Shown one piece after another: positions 1-12,517 of a DNA stretch of 64,000 bases. The stretch's first letter is position 1. Each line of letters starts with the position of its first letter. The notes under the pieces are model-generated. The model made no database searches and was not told the origin of the DNA. It was given only the letters and a program-made list of their open reading frames with translations. The stretch comes from Octopus bimaculoides (Eukaryota): assembly GCF_001194135.2 (NCBI RefSeq), contig NC_068991.1, forward strand, positions 5,853,513 through 5,917,512, written 5' to 3'. A program made the position numbers and the translations under genes.

Positions 1-9
1 TAGTTAGAA

Positions 10-180
10 TTAACAAAAAAACAAAAGACGAAGACAGGTGTATGAACAACAAACAGGCTTATTAGTTTAACACTCGGGAAGGTGAGAAAGTCTTATGTTT
101 CAAATCTACGCTCTTCAACAGAAAAGAATACAAGAAAATAAACAGAGAGAGAATAAAAAAAGCTTTAGTGGCTAGCGGTC
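10..180 (-). mobile_element. Penelope-like short repeat, family 1 (degenerate copy with decayed hammerhead-like motif)
   Basis: Homologous to the copies at 12518..12940 (ctcgggaa..agaaagtc..gctcttcaac). Confidence 0.6.
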
Positions 181-218
181 AATCGTGGCGATATACATAC
201 ATGTATATATATAATATA

Positions 219-564
219 CAGGGCAATTTAAAAGTCTCCATACATAGGAAAATTTTATTTTTTATTAAGAAACAACTTATAGATCCCCTGATCTGACCCC
301 TCTTGATTTCTATCTTTTGGTCATTTGAAAGGCATGGGGTATCGCAAAAAGATAAAAAGACATAAATCATTTGAAGGAACATATCACCAGATGTGCTATT
401 ACGAGTTCACAATGAATGGGGTAAACGTATTGCAATGTGTATTCAAAACAATGGTAATCATATAGAGAGCCTGTTAAATATTTTTTTTTAAAAACTGTTT
501 TTATAAACTGTTTCTTATAAAAAAAATAATTGTTCCTATGTATGGCAACTTTTGAATCACCCTG
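219..564 (+). mobile_element. Tc1/mariner superfamily internally deleted remnant
   Basis: Imperfect TIRs cagggcaatttaaaagt / (rc) cagggtgattcaaaagt flanked by TA; frameshifted transposase C-terminus RSPDLTPLDFY..HLKG..EWGKRIAMCIQNNGNHIE. Confidence 0.75.
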
Positions 565-2589
565 TATATTTGTCAATCTTTGGCCACTCTGATTTGATTA
601 AATACAGACGTTTGGAGATGTACTTGTCTGGCAAGTGGCCTGATCTGGGACAGTTTGTTGAAAGTAAAGCAATTTGAGCAGAGAATTCACACATAAACCA
701 TTCAAAAACACACAAAGACTGAACTTCACTTAAACATTTACTAACGAGTATCAAAATATTCATGGCACCAACTGTGACCTGGTTGTAGTTCCAATGCGTC
801 TCATTTCATAGAATAATAACAGGACATCACAAACGGACATCACATGAAATATGAAAACAAATAAGTTGAATATGCAAACGAGAAAAACAAATGGAAAACA
901 GGACAAGTAACATAAAGAACGACCCTTCATCAGTTGTTGGCTGCCTATTTACTCTTTGCCCTGTTTATGACATCCTGTACCCATATATATATGTATGTGT
1001 GTGTATATATATATATATATAATTATATATATATATATGGAGAGATTCCATACAGTCTCCGTTTACCAAATACATTCACAAGGCGTTGGTGAGTCCAGAA
1101 ATATAGTAGGAGTCACTTGCCGCCCATGGTGCTGCACAGCGGGTTTGAACCAGAAACCATGGGTTGCAATGCGAGCTGCTAAATCACACAGTTCTCCTCT
1201 CGAATGTGACACAAGTGATTAAGTGTGAATCAAGACAAAATCACTTTCATGCTGGCAGACGATGGCAATGTTTTCGCAAAGAAACATTTAAATTTTGAGA
1301 AAAGACCCCAACATAATTTTTTTTTTTTTTTTTGTTATAAATATTAGACATGGTGGAAAAGTAATTTCCTACCATGTCTTATGATAATGAGAAAATCATA
1401 AAAATGAAGAATTTCTATTAAAAAAACTTCATTTTTGTATTATGATTATTCATGTCCCAAATTTAACGTGAGGTAAACTGGGACAAAAATATACGTAATA
1501 CAGAAATGAATATTTTTTTAAACAGAAATTCTTAATTTTCATGACTTTCTCATTATTATAAGACATGGTAGGAAATTAATTTTCCACCACGTCTATTTTT
1601 TTTTTTATTCAATTTTATGGGGTGGGGTAAAAAAAGGAAATATTTCCAGTCTTTGATAAACAATATGTTGAAACGTAAAGAAATAATAGAGATATTGTAC
1701 ATGTATTCACCTATTCATATTTTCTTCCTTTATCTCCATTTATTTTGTTAAATTTTGACCTGCTGGGTAATAACGAAGAAGCTTCTACAAAGGTTTGTAT
1801 TCATAAATGCGAGAAAATCATTACAAGACATTTATGCATATTTTCAAGAACTTCAAGGAAGTACAAAGTGAAAATGAACCTGGGGGGCACAGGTTCGTAA
1901 ATTGACAAAATACCTGCAGTGTTGAGTTAGGTACTCTGTGTTTAGAGTTCAAATCTTATCGAGATCAGGTGTCTTTTTTGTTATTGGGAAATCGATGAGA
2001 ATATAGTTTTATCGCAAAAAAACCACCCCAGGAAAATGTTTTCGATCAAGATGTAAGGGAAGATAACTCTTATTACAGTAAATAATAGACATGACATCCG
2101 AGATGGAATTGGAAATTCTTACTCCTATTCTTTAACTCAACCTACACACACACACATTCACATTTTTACACGAGGTAACGAGAAGGATTTCACAAGGTTA
2201 CACGACATGCTAGGAATAGCAGCCTAATTTTCTTGGGGGAAAAAAATGAATAATATGCGAAGGGCGGACNNNNNNNNNNNNNNNNNNNNNNNNNNNNNNN
2301 NNNNNNNNNNNNNNNNNNNNNNNNNNNNNNNNNNNNNNNNNNNNNNNNNNNNNNNNNNNNNNNNNNNNNNNNNNNNNNNNNNNNNNNNNNNNNNNNNNNN
2401 NNNNNNNNNNNNNNNNNNNNNNNNNNNNNNNNNNNNNNNNNNNNNNNNNNNNNNNNNNNNNNNNNNNNNNNNNNNNNNNNNNNNNNNNNNNNNNNNNNNN
2501 NNNNNNNNNNNNNNNNNNNNNNNNNNNNNNNNNNNNNNNNNNNNNNNNNNNNNNNNNNNNNNNNNNNNNNNNNNNNNNNNNNNNNNNNN

Positions 2590-2737
2590 TCCTCTTCTAT
2601 GAGGCACGGGACTTCGTTTGACGGGGAAACAGCTATTCCAAAACTCCGCCGCAAAAAAATTGGGGGCGTGGGTCATGGTTGGATCGCTTTTGACCGTAAG
2701 TTTGTTGGACGAGGACTGAGTCTGGGATAATCTAGAG
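2590..2737 (-). CDS. Candidate downstream coding exon of the same minus-strand gene (SRLSQTQSSSNKLTVKSDPTMTHAPNFFAAEFWNSCFPVKRSPVPHRRG...), running into an N-gap
   Basis: tttttttag| acceptor in phase 2, matching the phase-2 donor at 4166; GC-rich, protein-like open frame truncated by the gap 2270..2589. Confidence 0.35.
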
Positions 2738-2789
2738 CTAAAAAAACACACACACTTTAGAAATAACGAAATAAAATACATTAAATTAA

Positions 2790-3118
2790 GAGAGTACTGT
2801 AGTTCGCTTGAAGCATTGTGTATTGTTTGTAAAGAATAAAAAGTTTAGAATGGTACAACAATGCACTATAAAACAAAAAATTGACTATATACCTGTTGTA
2901 ATTTAGTTATCTATAGTCCGATGATATTTCGGAATTACAAGATCTTCTTAGATGGAGTCTCTGCTATAGTACCGTTTATAACAGGAACTCCAAGAAGATC
3001 TGAAGGAATTGTAATTCCGAAATATCATCGGACTATAGATAACTAAATTTCAACAGGTATATAGTCCATTTTCTTGTTCTATAGTGCATTGTTGTACCAT
3101 TCTAAACTTTTTATTCTT
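2790..3118. mobile_element. Fold-back Penelope-like element, family 3 (about 130-bp inverted arms) with hammerhead-like motif at 2997..3029
   Basis: Inverted arms spanning 2828..3122; 13-bp direct repeat tacattaaattaa at 2777..2789 and 3119..3131; GAT-CTGAA-GGAAT-tgta-ATTCC-GAAA-T-ATC-ATC. Confidence 0.6.
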
Positions 3119-4166
3119 TACATTAAATTAAATTATAACGCTAATCACGGAAGCATCCGAAAGGAAACGACGCTTTCGCGTAGCCATGTGTGCGTATTTA
3201 TATATTTCTGTTTACATAAAGGTCATGCAAGAAACACCGACTGACGATTTTTAATTCAATAAACAAAAGCCAAACTACATATATATACACATGTGTAAAA
3301 ACATAAAATGTGTAAGCTTACATTGGTTTTTAAATTTGGATTAAGATAATGATATTTGTCGCTGATGCGAGGATGTCCAGCCATCTTCCACCGGGATGGG
3401 TGGTTGTCGGCTCACCTGCTAATTCTTTGAATTATCACACTATGTTCCTACTGTCAACATGGAGATAAAATGGAAATAGAATTTGATATGATTGAGATAG
3501 ATCGTGTGCTGCTGCTTGCTAGGAGCTAGGAGCGATAAGAACAACCATCCATCAAGTCGATGTTTAAGAACGACATAAATAAACAGTGACGGAAAAACAA
3601 CGGGAAAAACAGAAACGTGGAAATCTCGTTGATTCGAGAGAGAAAGACAAAAATAAACATTATTTTTTAAATGTGTAAAATTTCGATGCGAAATATTTTT
3701 GTTTTAGATTGGATTTTTGTTATGTATTTCTTTCTTCTTTTATTTATTTCTAAATTAGATTAATATTTATAGTTTTTTTTTTCTCTGCGTAGCGAGATTT
3801 TATATTTCCGTCCTATCGAAGAAGTTCCGATGTTATCAGACCTGATAGAAATAGCAGTCTAATCTCCCTCAAATCCAGGAGTGCCAATTTATTTTCGACT
3901 AGGACTACCTATTTTCAGAATAGTCTAGTTCCTAAACTAGTACTTCTTACAGATAGCTTGGAATTTAACGTTATTTTCAAGATATAGTAGCGGGTTTTAG
4001 TGGAGGTTTTTTTTTTAATATGATAATTTTATATTTGAAAATACAAATGCAATTATAATAAAATGTGAAGAAATATTTCGATGATAGTCTAGGTTTGCAC
4101 ACACGTCACAGTTTCGCTCCTAGAGTATTTCGCTTTTCACCAAAGCGACTCCGCATTTTTGCTTAC

Positions 4167-4258
4167 CTTGTCAACCTGTAGTACCGTGTACGTGGCTTCT
4201 CATAGCAGCCAAAACTCTCTCGGTAAATAGTAGACATGCAATCAAGTAACCAACTCAT
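4167..4258 (-). CDS. Candidate coding exon of an unidentified minus-strand gene (MSWLLDCMSTIYRESFGCYEKPRTRYYRLT+AG)
   Basis: Strong donor CAAG|gtaagc at 4166. Upstream acceptor ttatttttatttcacgcag| puts the exon start at 4304, and the whole 138-nt exon is open in this frame. No homolog recognised. Confidence 0.45.
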
Positions 4259-5129
4259 GCCTTGGTTGGGGAGGGAAAGATTCTTTCGTTTTAAGTACAT
4301 GTATCTGCGTGAAATAAAAATAATCGGATGGGGAGAGATACAAAATTGAACTTGGATATTCTGATTAAGCGGAACGAATACGTAAATGCTTATGTGTCAC
4401 TTATTGGTAGTTAATTTAATATTTTCTCAAGTTAGATATTTTCTAGTTCATTTTTATAACTTCCTTGGAATATTTTGTCATTATTATTATTGTTTCGGGG
4501 TTGTTTTATTGGTAATCCTTCCGATTAACGATTGTTTTATTACAGAACCGATTTGTAACGTGTTTATATAAGTGTAGCAGTGTGACTATTATTTTGCGTA
4601 GTTCTTTCGAAGTTATTTTAATAGCTTCGTCATTAAAGTTAAAATGAAAGTGTTTCCATTTAAAAAGTTAAATCTTTTAATAAATACAAATAAAAAATTA
4701 AATACTGACGGGTTATTAAACAGATTACTTAGTAAGTGACTTCAAAGTATTTACATATTCGTTTTGGTTAATCGGGATATCCAGATCTATTTTTGTGTTT
4801 TCCCGAACTGTTTTGGTATTCCGCAGACACACGCAGACACATGCATTTTTTGAGTACTTTTTGGTTATCTCACTCCCTTTAAAAAATTACCTTTAAAAAT
4901 TTGGGCTATCTCCCCACTGAGTTGATTTTATGTGGTGACAAAAGTTTGAATTAAAAGAGATACTTTTGATTCAATACTTCAGCACATTGTTGTCTTTTGC
5001 CCCCCACCCCACCCCAATAGGAATGATATGATTTGTTATAAAAATGTTATTAGATTCGATAAGATGTTTAATTTTTCAGTTTTCATGTTTATTGTTTTTT
5101 TTCAGTTTTGCATGATTTGTTATAAAAAT

Positions 5130-5305
5130 ATTCTTTTCTACTCTAGGCACAAGGCCCGAAATTTGGGGGGAGGAGGCATGTCGATTAGATCGACCTCAGT
5201 ATGCAACTGGTACTTTATCAACCCCGAAAGGATGAAAGGTAAAGTTGACTTCGGCGGAATTTGAACCCAGAACGTAGTGACAGGCGAAATACTGCTTAGC
5301 ATTTC
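5130..5305 (-). mobile_element. tRNA-derived SINE family B copy
   Basis: Reverse complement of the consensus gttcaaattccgccgaggtcgactttgcctttcatcctttcggggtcgataaattaagtaccag..ggccttgtgcctagagtagaaaag, seen about 20 times in the window. Confidence 0.8.
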
Positions 5306-5552
5306 GCAAATTTTTTTTTTTTTTTTTCCCCACAAGGGGACAACAAAGAGGGGACAGTACAATCTGATATGGGGTCAGATTTCACGTATGAATTAACAAA
5401 AAGATGAATTAAAAAATTTTACATAAATATGAATAGTTCGAATGATGACATATACAAGACAACATTACAGAATGATGTGGGGAGGCGGGATATGCTCGGA
5501 CCCCACGAGCCCCGTCTCACCACTGATGCTTTGGGTTCGTCCTGCGTTGTAT

Positions 5553-6651
5553 TCATGCGGTTCCACCCATACGCAACATTCGTGCGACATTCTTCCATCG
5601 ATGTTGGAACATTTTCTCTAACCCTATTTTCCTCCTTAGGTGGAAGGTGAAGAAATTCACCAAGCCAGGGCCAGATATAAAAATGCCTGTTATTAACCCT
5701 TTCGGCCCGAATGTACGTTGGAACAGACTGGCTGGCTGGCTATCATCGAGACCCAGGGCCTCCCCCAAGGTAACATCACATTTCGCCTCTACCAACCCTC
5801 TATAGAAGAATGTGGTAGAACCACTACCGCAGGCGTTGCCCGAGAGATGGAATATCCGGAGAACCTTACGACACTCCGTAAACTTCGATCTACGATAGAA
5901 CCAGGTATCCAGTCTACCGAACTAGTGAACTTGGGAAACATCTGTTTCGCCAGCGGAGACCACACCCGATCACCATCAAGATGGAGCCACAAATGCCTCA
6001 ACCTCAGCGCATCATCAGCCAAGGCATCCCTAGCCCACCCTTTAACGGTTGTTGGCAGCAAATAGATCGTCTCACAAGCAGATTCGAGCCCTTCCACAAG
6101 AAGCAGAAGAGCTGTCTTTCCAGCTTGCTCGACCACGAATCAGGGCAGAGAAGGACGGTTAGGCGGTAGGTGATGACCGATGCGATGAACACATTGGCCA
6201 CCTCCGCTCACCCTTTCAGGGATAGCCACCACCAAGATCAGGTCTTGGCTATGTGGGCTACCCTGCTCGCTACCTCAGCCCAGTTCTTCTCTATTTGGAG
6301 GCCTGGTCCAAACCAGACTCCTAGCAACTTAATCGGGCCCTCCGTCCAACGTCCCACGACGCTGTCAGGTGGCATTGACTTGCCTCTCCAGGTGCCGAGC
6401 TGTAAGCCGACTGACCTTTCACGATTAACCTTTGCTCCTGCCACCGTCTCGTATTCCTCAATGGCCTTGCCTACCCTCTGTAGGTGATCCATTTCGGTTA
6501 CGATGATGGTGATGCCGTCCGCGTACGCTGAAACCGACTCTCCACAACTTGGTTGTCTCGGGATATCGCTCAATTTTCGCCGCAATGGCTCAAGAGCGAT
6601 TACATATAAAAGCGGGTTTCCGTAGCAACAATGACATCCAAATTGCGCCAA
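5553..6651 (-). pseudogene. Degenerate L1/Tx1-clade non-LTR retrotransposon ORF2 3' part (RT domain end and C-terminus)
   Basis: PLLYVIALEPL, SAYADGIT (YADD-like), GLQLGTW, IKLLGVWF, SLKGRAEVANVFIASVITYRL and PLKGGLGMP across several frames with stops and frameshifts. Confidence 0.85.
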
Positions 6652-7451
6652 GTGATGTCATTAAGGAAGCGACCTTGCTTCCAGCTTGACCCCAGGCCAC
6701 GCACATTCAAACAACCATCTATCTACAAGCTATCTACTTACCTTGGCATCGGTGGCTTTCGGCCTTGTCCTTTTCCTTTACCCGGGCTCGTGAGGTGGTT
6801 TGACATAGGTCCTCGTACATGGACTTACTGAAGTCCAACCTCGGTGGGGCTTATGATTTTAATATTGCCAGGTTCATATCGTCTATTTGTATTATAAAAA
6901 TTCCTTCTGGAATGTTCTTTGAAGATTTCTGCTGTAGGAATATTTTTAATTCTAGCTGTCAATTGTTCCTTCGTGGCATTTATTGCCACTAATAGTAACN
7001 NNNNNNNNNNNNNNNNNNNNNNNNNNNNNNNNNNNNNNNNNNNNNNNNNNNNNNNNNNNNNNNNNNNNNNNNNNNNNNNNNNNNNNNNNNNNNNNNNNNN
7101 NNNNNNNNNNNNNNNNNNNNNNNNNNNNNNNNNNNNNNNNNNNNNNNNNNNNNNNNNNNNNNNNNNNNNNNNNNNNNNNNNNNNNNNNNNNNNNNNNNNN
7201 NNNNNNNNNNNNNNNNNNNNNNNNNNNNNNNNNNNNNNNNNNNNNNNNNNNNNNTATATACACACACGACGGGCTTCTTTCCGTTTCCGTCTACCAAATC
7301 CACTCACAAAGGCTTTGGTCGGCCCGAAGCTATAGGTGGGACTGAACCCGGAGCCATGTGATTGGGAAGCAAGACTCTTACCACACAGCCAAGCCTGCGC
7401 CATATGCAAAAATAATTCAAATCGTGTTAATTCCTAGCTGAAAACTCAGCT

Positions 7452-7486
<35 letters not shown>

Positions 7487-10400
7487 TCGACTTTGCCTTT
7501 CATCCTTTCGGAGTCGATAAATTAAGTACCAGTTGCGTACTAGGGTCGATCTAATCGAGTGGCCCCCTCCCCCAAAACTTCGGGCCTTGTGCCTAGAGTA
7601 GAAAAGACATCTTGGGCAACATCTTCTGCTTTACCTCCGAGTCAGCCGATGCCTTGAGAGTGGATTGATTTGGTAGATGGAAACTGTGTGAAACCCGTTG
7701 TATTTATATTTGCGTGTGTGTCTGTGTTTGCACGCAAGCACACACACACACGTGCGCGCACACAGAGTGCTGAACAACTTGTGTCTGTTTGTTTACATCT
7801 CTATAAACTAGCGGTTCGACAAAAATGACTGATAGAATACGTACATGGGACAAAAATTAAGTAGCGAGGTCGATGTGTTCGACGAGAGCCTTTCAAGGCG
7901 GTGCTCTAGCATGGCCGTACTCCAACGACTGAAGCAAGTAAAAGAAAAACGACAAAAGATATTTTTTTCTTCTTCTTCTTCTTCCTATTTCGTTTCCCAT
8001 AAAGTACGAGAGATAATTCCGGTCATATTTAAATTTTATTTTGACGCCATGAGTCTACTTTAATTTTGCCGAAACTGTTATGGATGGAGGTTCGGAATTA
8101 TTTAAGCTCTAAATAAACGGTTGTATTTACATTTCCGCAAAAATATATGATAAACTCGAGTTAAGTATATGTCAACATTGTTTAGAGCCATAAACGGGGT
8201 GAAAAAGAATATAATAAATAAAACAATTAGTTGATAAGGCGAATATTATTATTATTATTTTTTTCAATATATTTTGTTCTCGGCATCTACAAAATATTCC
8301 TTTCTCTGTGCGCAAGACTTTATAGTTTTAGGAAAGCTTTTTGAGGAAAAACATATTCTAGAAATACTTATTTATGTATTTATTTAATGTTGATATTATT
8401 TGACAGCTTAAGCAGAAGATATTTTAACAACCAGATATGAATTTTTTAAAATCGTTTTGCTATAAAATTAAAGCTAACTATAATACATATATTTTAATGT
8501 TTGAAATATAATTATATTGTTATTTAAAACATTACACTGAAATTTTAACATTAGAAGGAAAGCAATTCCAAAACAGAAAAACCTGAATTTATTTTTTTAT
8601 TTATTTAAAAAATATTTTTTTTATTTTTTGCAAACGTTTACAACAGCAAAATATAACGTTGGAACATAATATTAAAACGTGAAAACCGTTCCATACAAAC
8701 ATAGAATTAAAAAGAAAACATTCACGTTCGTTTAAAAACCTGACAAGTTTGCAAATTTCTCTTTATATCTCATGGTTTATAATTTCAAGCATGAAATAAA
8801 ATTATATAAATCTATTCGTTCAATGTATAAACAAAAATTTCGAGTTTTCTTATGACAAAAGAGTTTTCTTTATCTATTTTTTTTTCAACAGCTTTTTTTC
8901 TTGTTTACAATCAAATATAAAACAAGCAATATGAGAAAAAATACAAATATTTAAAACAGTTAAATTGATTTTTTTAAATGTTTACTGCAAACCATGTGAA
9001 TTACATTTTCATGGCACACACGCATTCTCACACACAAATACGTATGTATATGAATATATGAATGCCTGTGTATGTATGTGGGGTGTACACATACACACGC
9101 ACGTGTTGATTTTTAGAGAATGGAAGAAGTAGTATTCTGTTCTCTGTATAGATATAATAGCATATATATCAATCTGTAGCGAACAACTACAGAATTCCTT
9201 ACCTAAGATTTGAAAGCGAATCCATGTTTTCCACATTGTTCTCGGCCTATTGTTTTAACCTTTCAGCACCGAGGTTAATAAGAATGAATTGGTCTCTTGG
9301 TCCTTTTTCAAGACATTCATCAGTCAAACCTGATATAGTGAAAAATCCGAATGTTTTCTGTTAACCTAATTAAATTACGAAGACTATAAATATGCAAGCA
9401 AATATCAGTTGATCTCCTTTGGTAATTCGGCATCTGCCAATAAGCTTGGCTATCTTCTCGTCTCAGGTATGCCCTATCTTGACCCTGAAAACACATCAAT
9501 ACTCAATCTGTCTGCATACTTTACTTTTACTGTCTTTATCCCAAACTGTCACAGAGAAGAACTTACTCGGGATTTCTACAAGTTGTGTACACACAAACAA
9601 CTCGACAAAGTTGTATATTTCTTATGCATTGTAACGACTGATATTATAATCAACTTAATAAACGGCCACTTGATAATTATTTAATATTGTTCCTCATTCA
9701 TTTCTCCTGATGCATCTTCACACTAACATTACGTCGTTATACACACACACATGTAAACACCATTATATATGTGTGTGTGTGTGTGTGTGATGCACGAGCA
9801 CATGCGCACTTGAAAAGTTAACGATATCACCCACCTGATAGCAAACAGGATTCGTGGGGATCGGTTAGTGTGTGCATATGTGCTGCAAAACCGGAATGAA
9901 GTCCAGGCAGGGATTAACTTTTTAATTACATGAGATATATATTCAATTCTTTTTATTATATACTTTCTACATGAAATAACTTCGAATACAAATTTTTTTA
10001 TCTGTTCTATAAAACAAAATATACAAATATACGAAGTTTGAAAGTGTTTCGGTATCAAAAACACTACATAAAACATAAATGAAAAATGTTGCCCGTCAAA
10101 CCAAAAAGATCCAAGAAAGTTTAAAGACGTTTGAGACATATTCGAAAGCCATTCACTGCATTTTGTCACAGAAAAAAAAATTTTTCGCGGTAAACACACC
10201 AGGTCAGTTCGGAGCGCCCGCATGCATTTCGGAGCAGTTATCTCCTCTTCGGCAATGAACGCTGGGAAGAGAGGCAACTCTGAACTGACTACAAGAGACC
10301 AGGTCTCTCTCATTAGATTCCAGTCAAAATACTGTCACCGGTTCCGCTAATCGGTGGGCCACCGTAGTGGAATATGGATTAGAATCGCTAAACACTGATT

Positions 10401-10736
10401 TACACAAATATAAACTTGTTACTAATTCAGAGACGGTTCTTTTATTTCTTTCACTTGTTTCAGTCATTTAACTGAGGCCATGCTGGAGCACTGCCTTTTA
10501 GTCAAAGAAATCGACCCCAGGGCTTATTCTTTGTAAACCTGGTACTTATTCTATCGGTTTCTTCTGCCGAACCGTTAAGTTACAGGGACGTAAACACATC
10601 AACATCGGTTGTCAAGCGATGGTGAGGGAGGGACAAACACAGACACAAAGACATGCACATAAGAAGTGGCTGTGTGGTAAGTAGCTTGCTTACCAACCAC
10701 ATGGTTACGGGTTCAGTCCCACTGCGTGTCACAGAT

Positions 10737-11321
10737 CGCATGCAACACAACAAAGTCTGGTTGATGAAGGTGTTATCGTATTGAAAGATTGGTCAGTTCG
10801 TAGCACTGACTTAAATATCATCGAACAAATGTGGACAGAGCTAAAGAGAAGAATTCTTCAGAAGAATCCCTGCAATCTTGAAGAGTTGTGGGAACTCAGC
10901 CTCAGAGAATGGCATCTCATGGTGAAGGATTTGTACGCATCTCTTCCCCGGCACATTGAAGCAATTATTCAAGCTAAGGGAAGCCACACAAAATATTAAC
11001 AATGTACAGTAACTTCTTGAAATGAACATTATGTAATAAATTTTCATTATAGACATTTTCCTGTTTTAAAACACTACATCATGATTCGTTTTATGTGAGG
11101 TGGCCAAAAACCTTTGCACAGCCATTTTTAGTGGTCGTCTCGCATCTGCCCCTCTCATTCAGAACCCCTACGACAAAATATAATGATTAAGTATGGAAAT
11201 GACTCCAACAGGGCCAACGTTTCATCTGTAAAAAACGCAATGCGAAACATCTACTTTTCAGTTGGCTATTAATAGAAATTTACAATAGTTTAAAGTGGCC
11301 AAAGACCTTTGCACAGTGCTG
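10737..11321 (+). mobile_element. Tc1-family transposon 3' end (transposase C-terminus plus IR/DR-type right terminal repeat)
   Basis: DWSVRSTDLNIIEQMW..LYASLPRHIEAIIQAKGSHTKY (WPxxSPDLNPIE..TKY type); direct repeats gtggccaaa(a/g)acctttgcacag at 11100 and 11295; ends ..gctg|TA. Confidence 0.85.
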
Positions 11322-12517
11322 TATGTGTATGTGTGTATACACATGCATATGTTTACATGTACATGGGTATGTGTGCGCACGCGCGTTATTGGATGTGTTT
11401 AATGAAGTGTACACTCACTCTATTTATTGTATTGAGTACTTAGTTAAATGTAGTTTATACCAACCTCTTGGCTTGTAGCACCCTATCTGTTTATATTTCT
11501 GTCTACCTGTCTGTCTGTTTGTCTATACGTGTATGTGACTTTCTATATCAATTTATATATTGGGAAGATAGATAAGATTTTGATATGTATCAAATAACAT
11601 TGAACTGTGTGAATATCTCTGAAAACAAAGTTAGAGAACAACACCTGCTTTGTGTTCTTCTTTGTCTTTCAGCTCTTTGTGGAACACGGGCCATTGATAT
11701 ACACCTCCCAAGTCCTACTGGTATGTTGAATCCTTTCTTTTCCTATCAGTTCTTTGATTGCCTTGTTCATCTGGAAGGAGTTCGACGAGAGAATGTCTTA
11801 TTCAGTGGCGGCTCGTGTATAGGAACAGCAGAACTGCAGCACCCCCTATTTCCACTCGATATTATCGATAACAGGCTGGTCCTACACTCCCGCTCACGTG
11901 ATCCTGCCTCCCATCGCTCCTTGTCTTCTGGTAAGGACCGTCAGCTGTTGACGTTACCGACCCTATACTTCCGGTTCACCTCATCCCCTTAATATCATAA
12001 CAAGTAATACCACTCAGTACAGCAGTAACCAAACCACTAAACTTGAAGCAGATTTGATGGCGATAACCTATGTGGAGCTTTTTAAGTCAACAGTAGCTGT
12101 TGTACTTCAAACTGTATACACAAGACAAACTATAAACGTTATCATTCATTTATTTATTGAATTGTAACTCAAAACCTGGTCTTGTCAGAAAGCTTGTAAC
12201 AAAGTGTATTACTTATGCTGAACCCGTGATAAGATTACGTATTTTATAAATCATGATAAATATAACACTGTAAGTGTAGACGGTTATCACTTTTGGACTC
12301 TTATAGTGAAATGATTATATCCTGTAGAAAGTATGTTATTACGAATAGCATATTTCAATTTTATTTTCTTTCGAATCAACTGTGAAGTTGTTTATTTTGG
12401 TCGCGAGAGTTGCTATACAGGATGTAACTCTCGTATTTCTGGATCTTCTCAACATTCGTGATTGGTCACAAGAGCGGTGCACCCATTACTATGACTTTGC
12501 TGTTTAATATATATATA

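Noticed and set aside
900-950. Fourth hammerhead candidate (minus-strand CTGATGAAGGG at about 927..937)
   Set aside because: It has the core start but no stem II closure and no GAAA; at most a decayed remnant.
6830-6980. Protein-like minus frame (KEQLTARIKNIPTAEIFKEHSRRNFYNTNRRYEPGNIK) next to the Tx1 fragment
   Set aside because: Short, cut by a gap, with no recognisable motif or splice signals; it may be another retroelement scrap.
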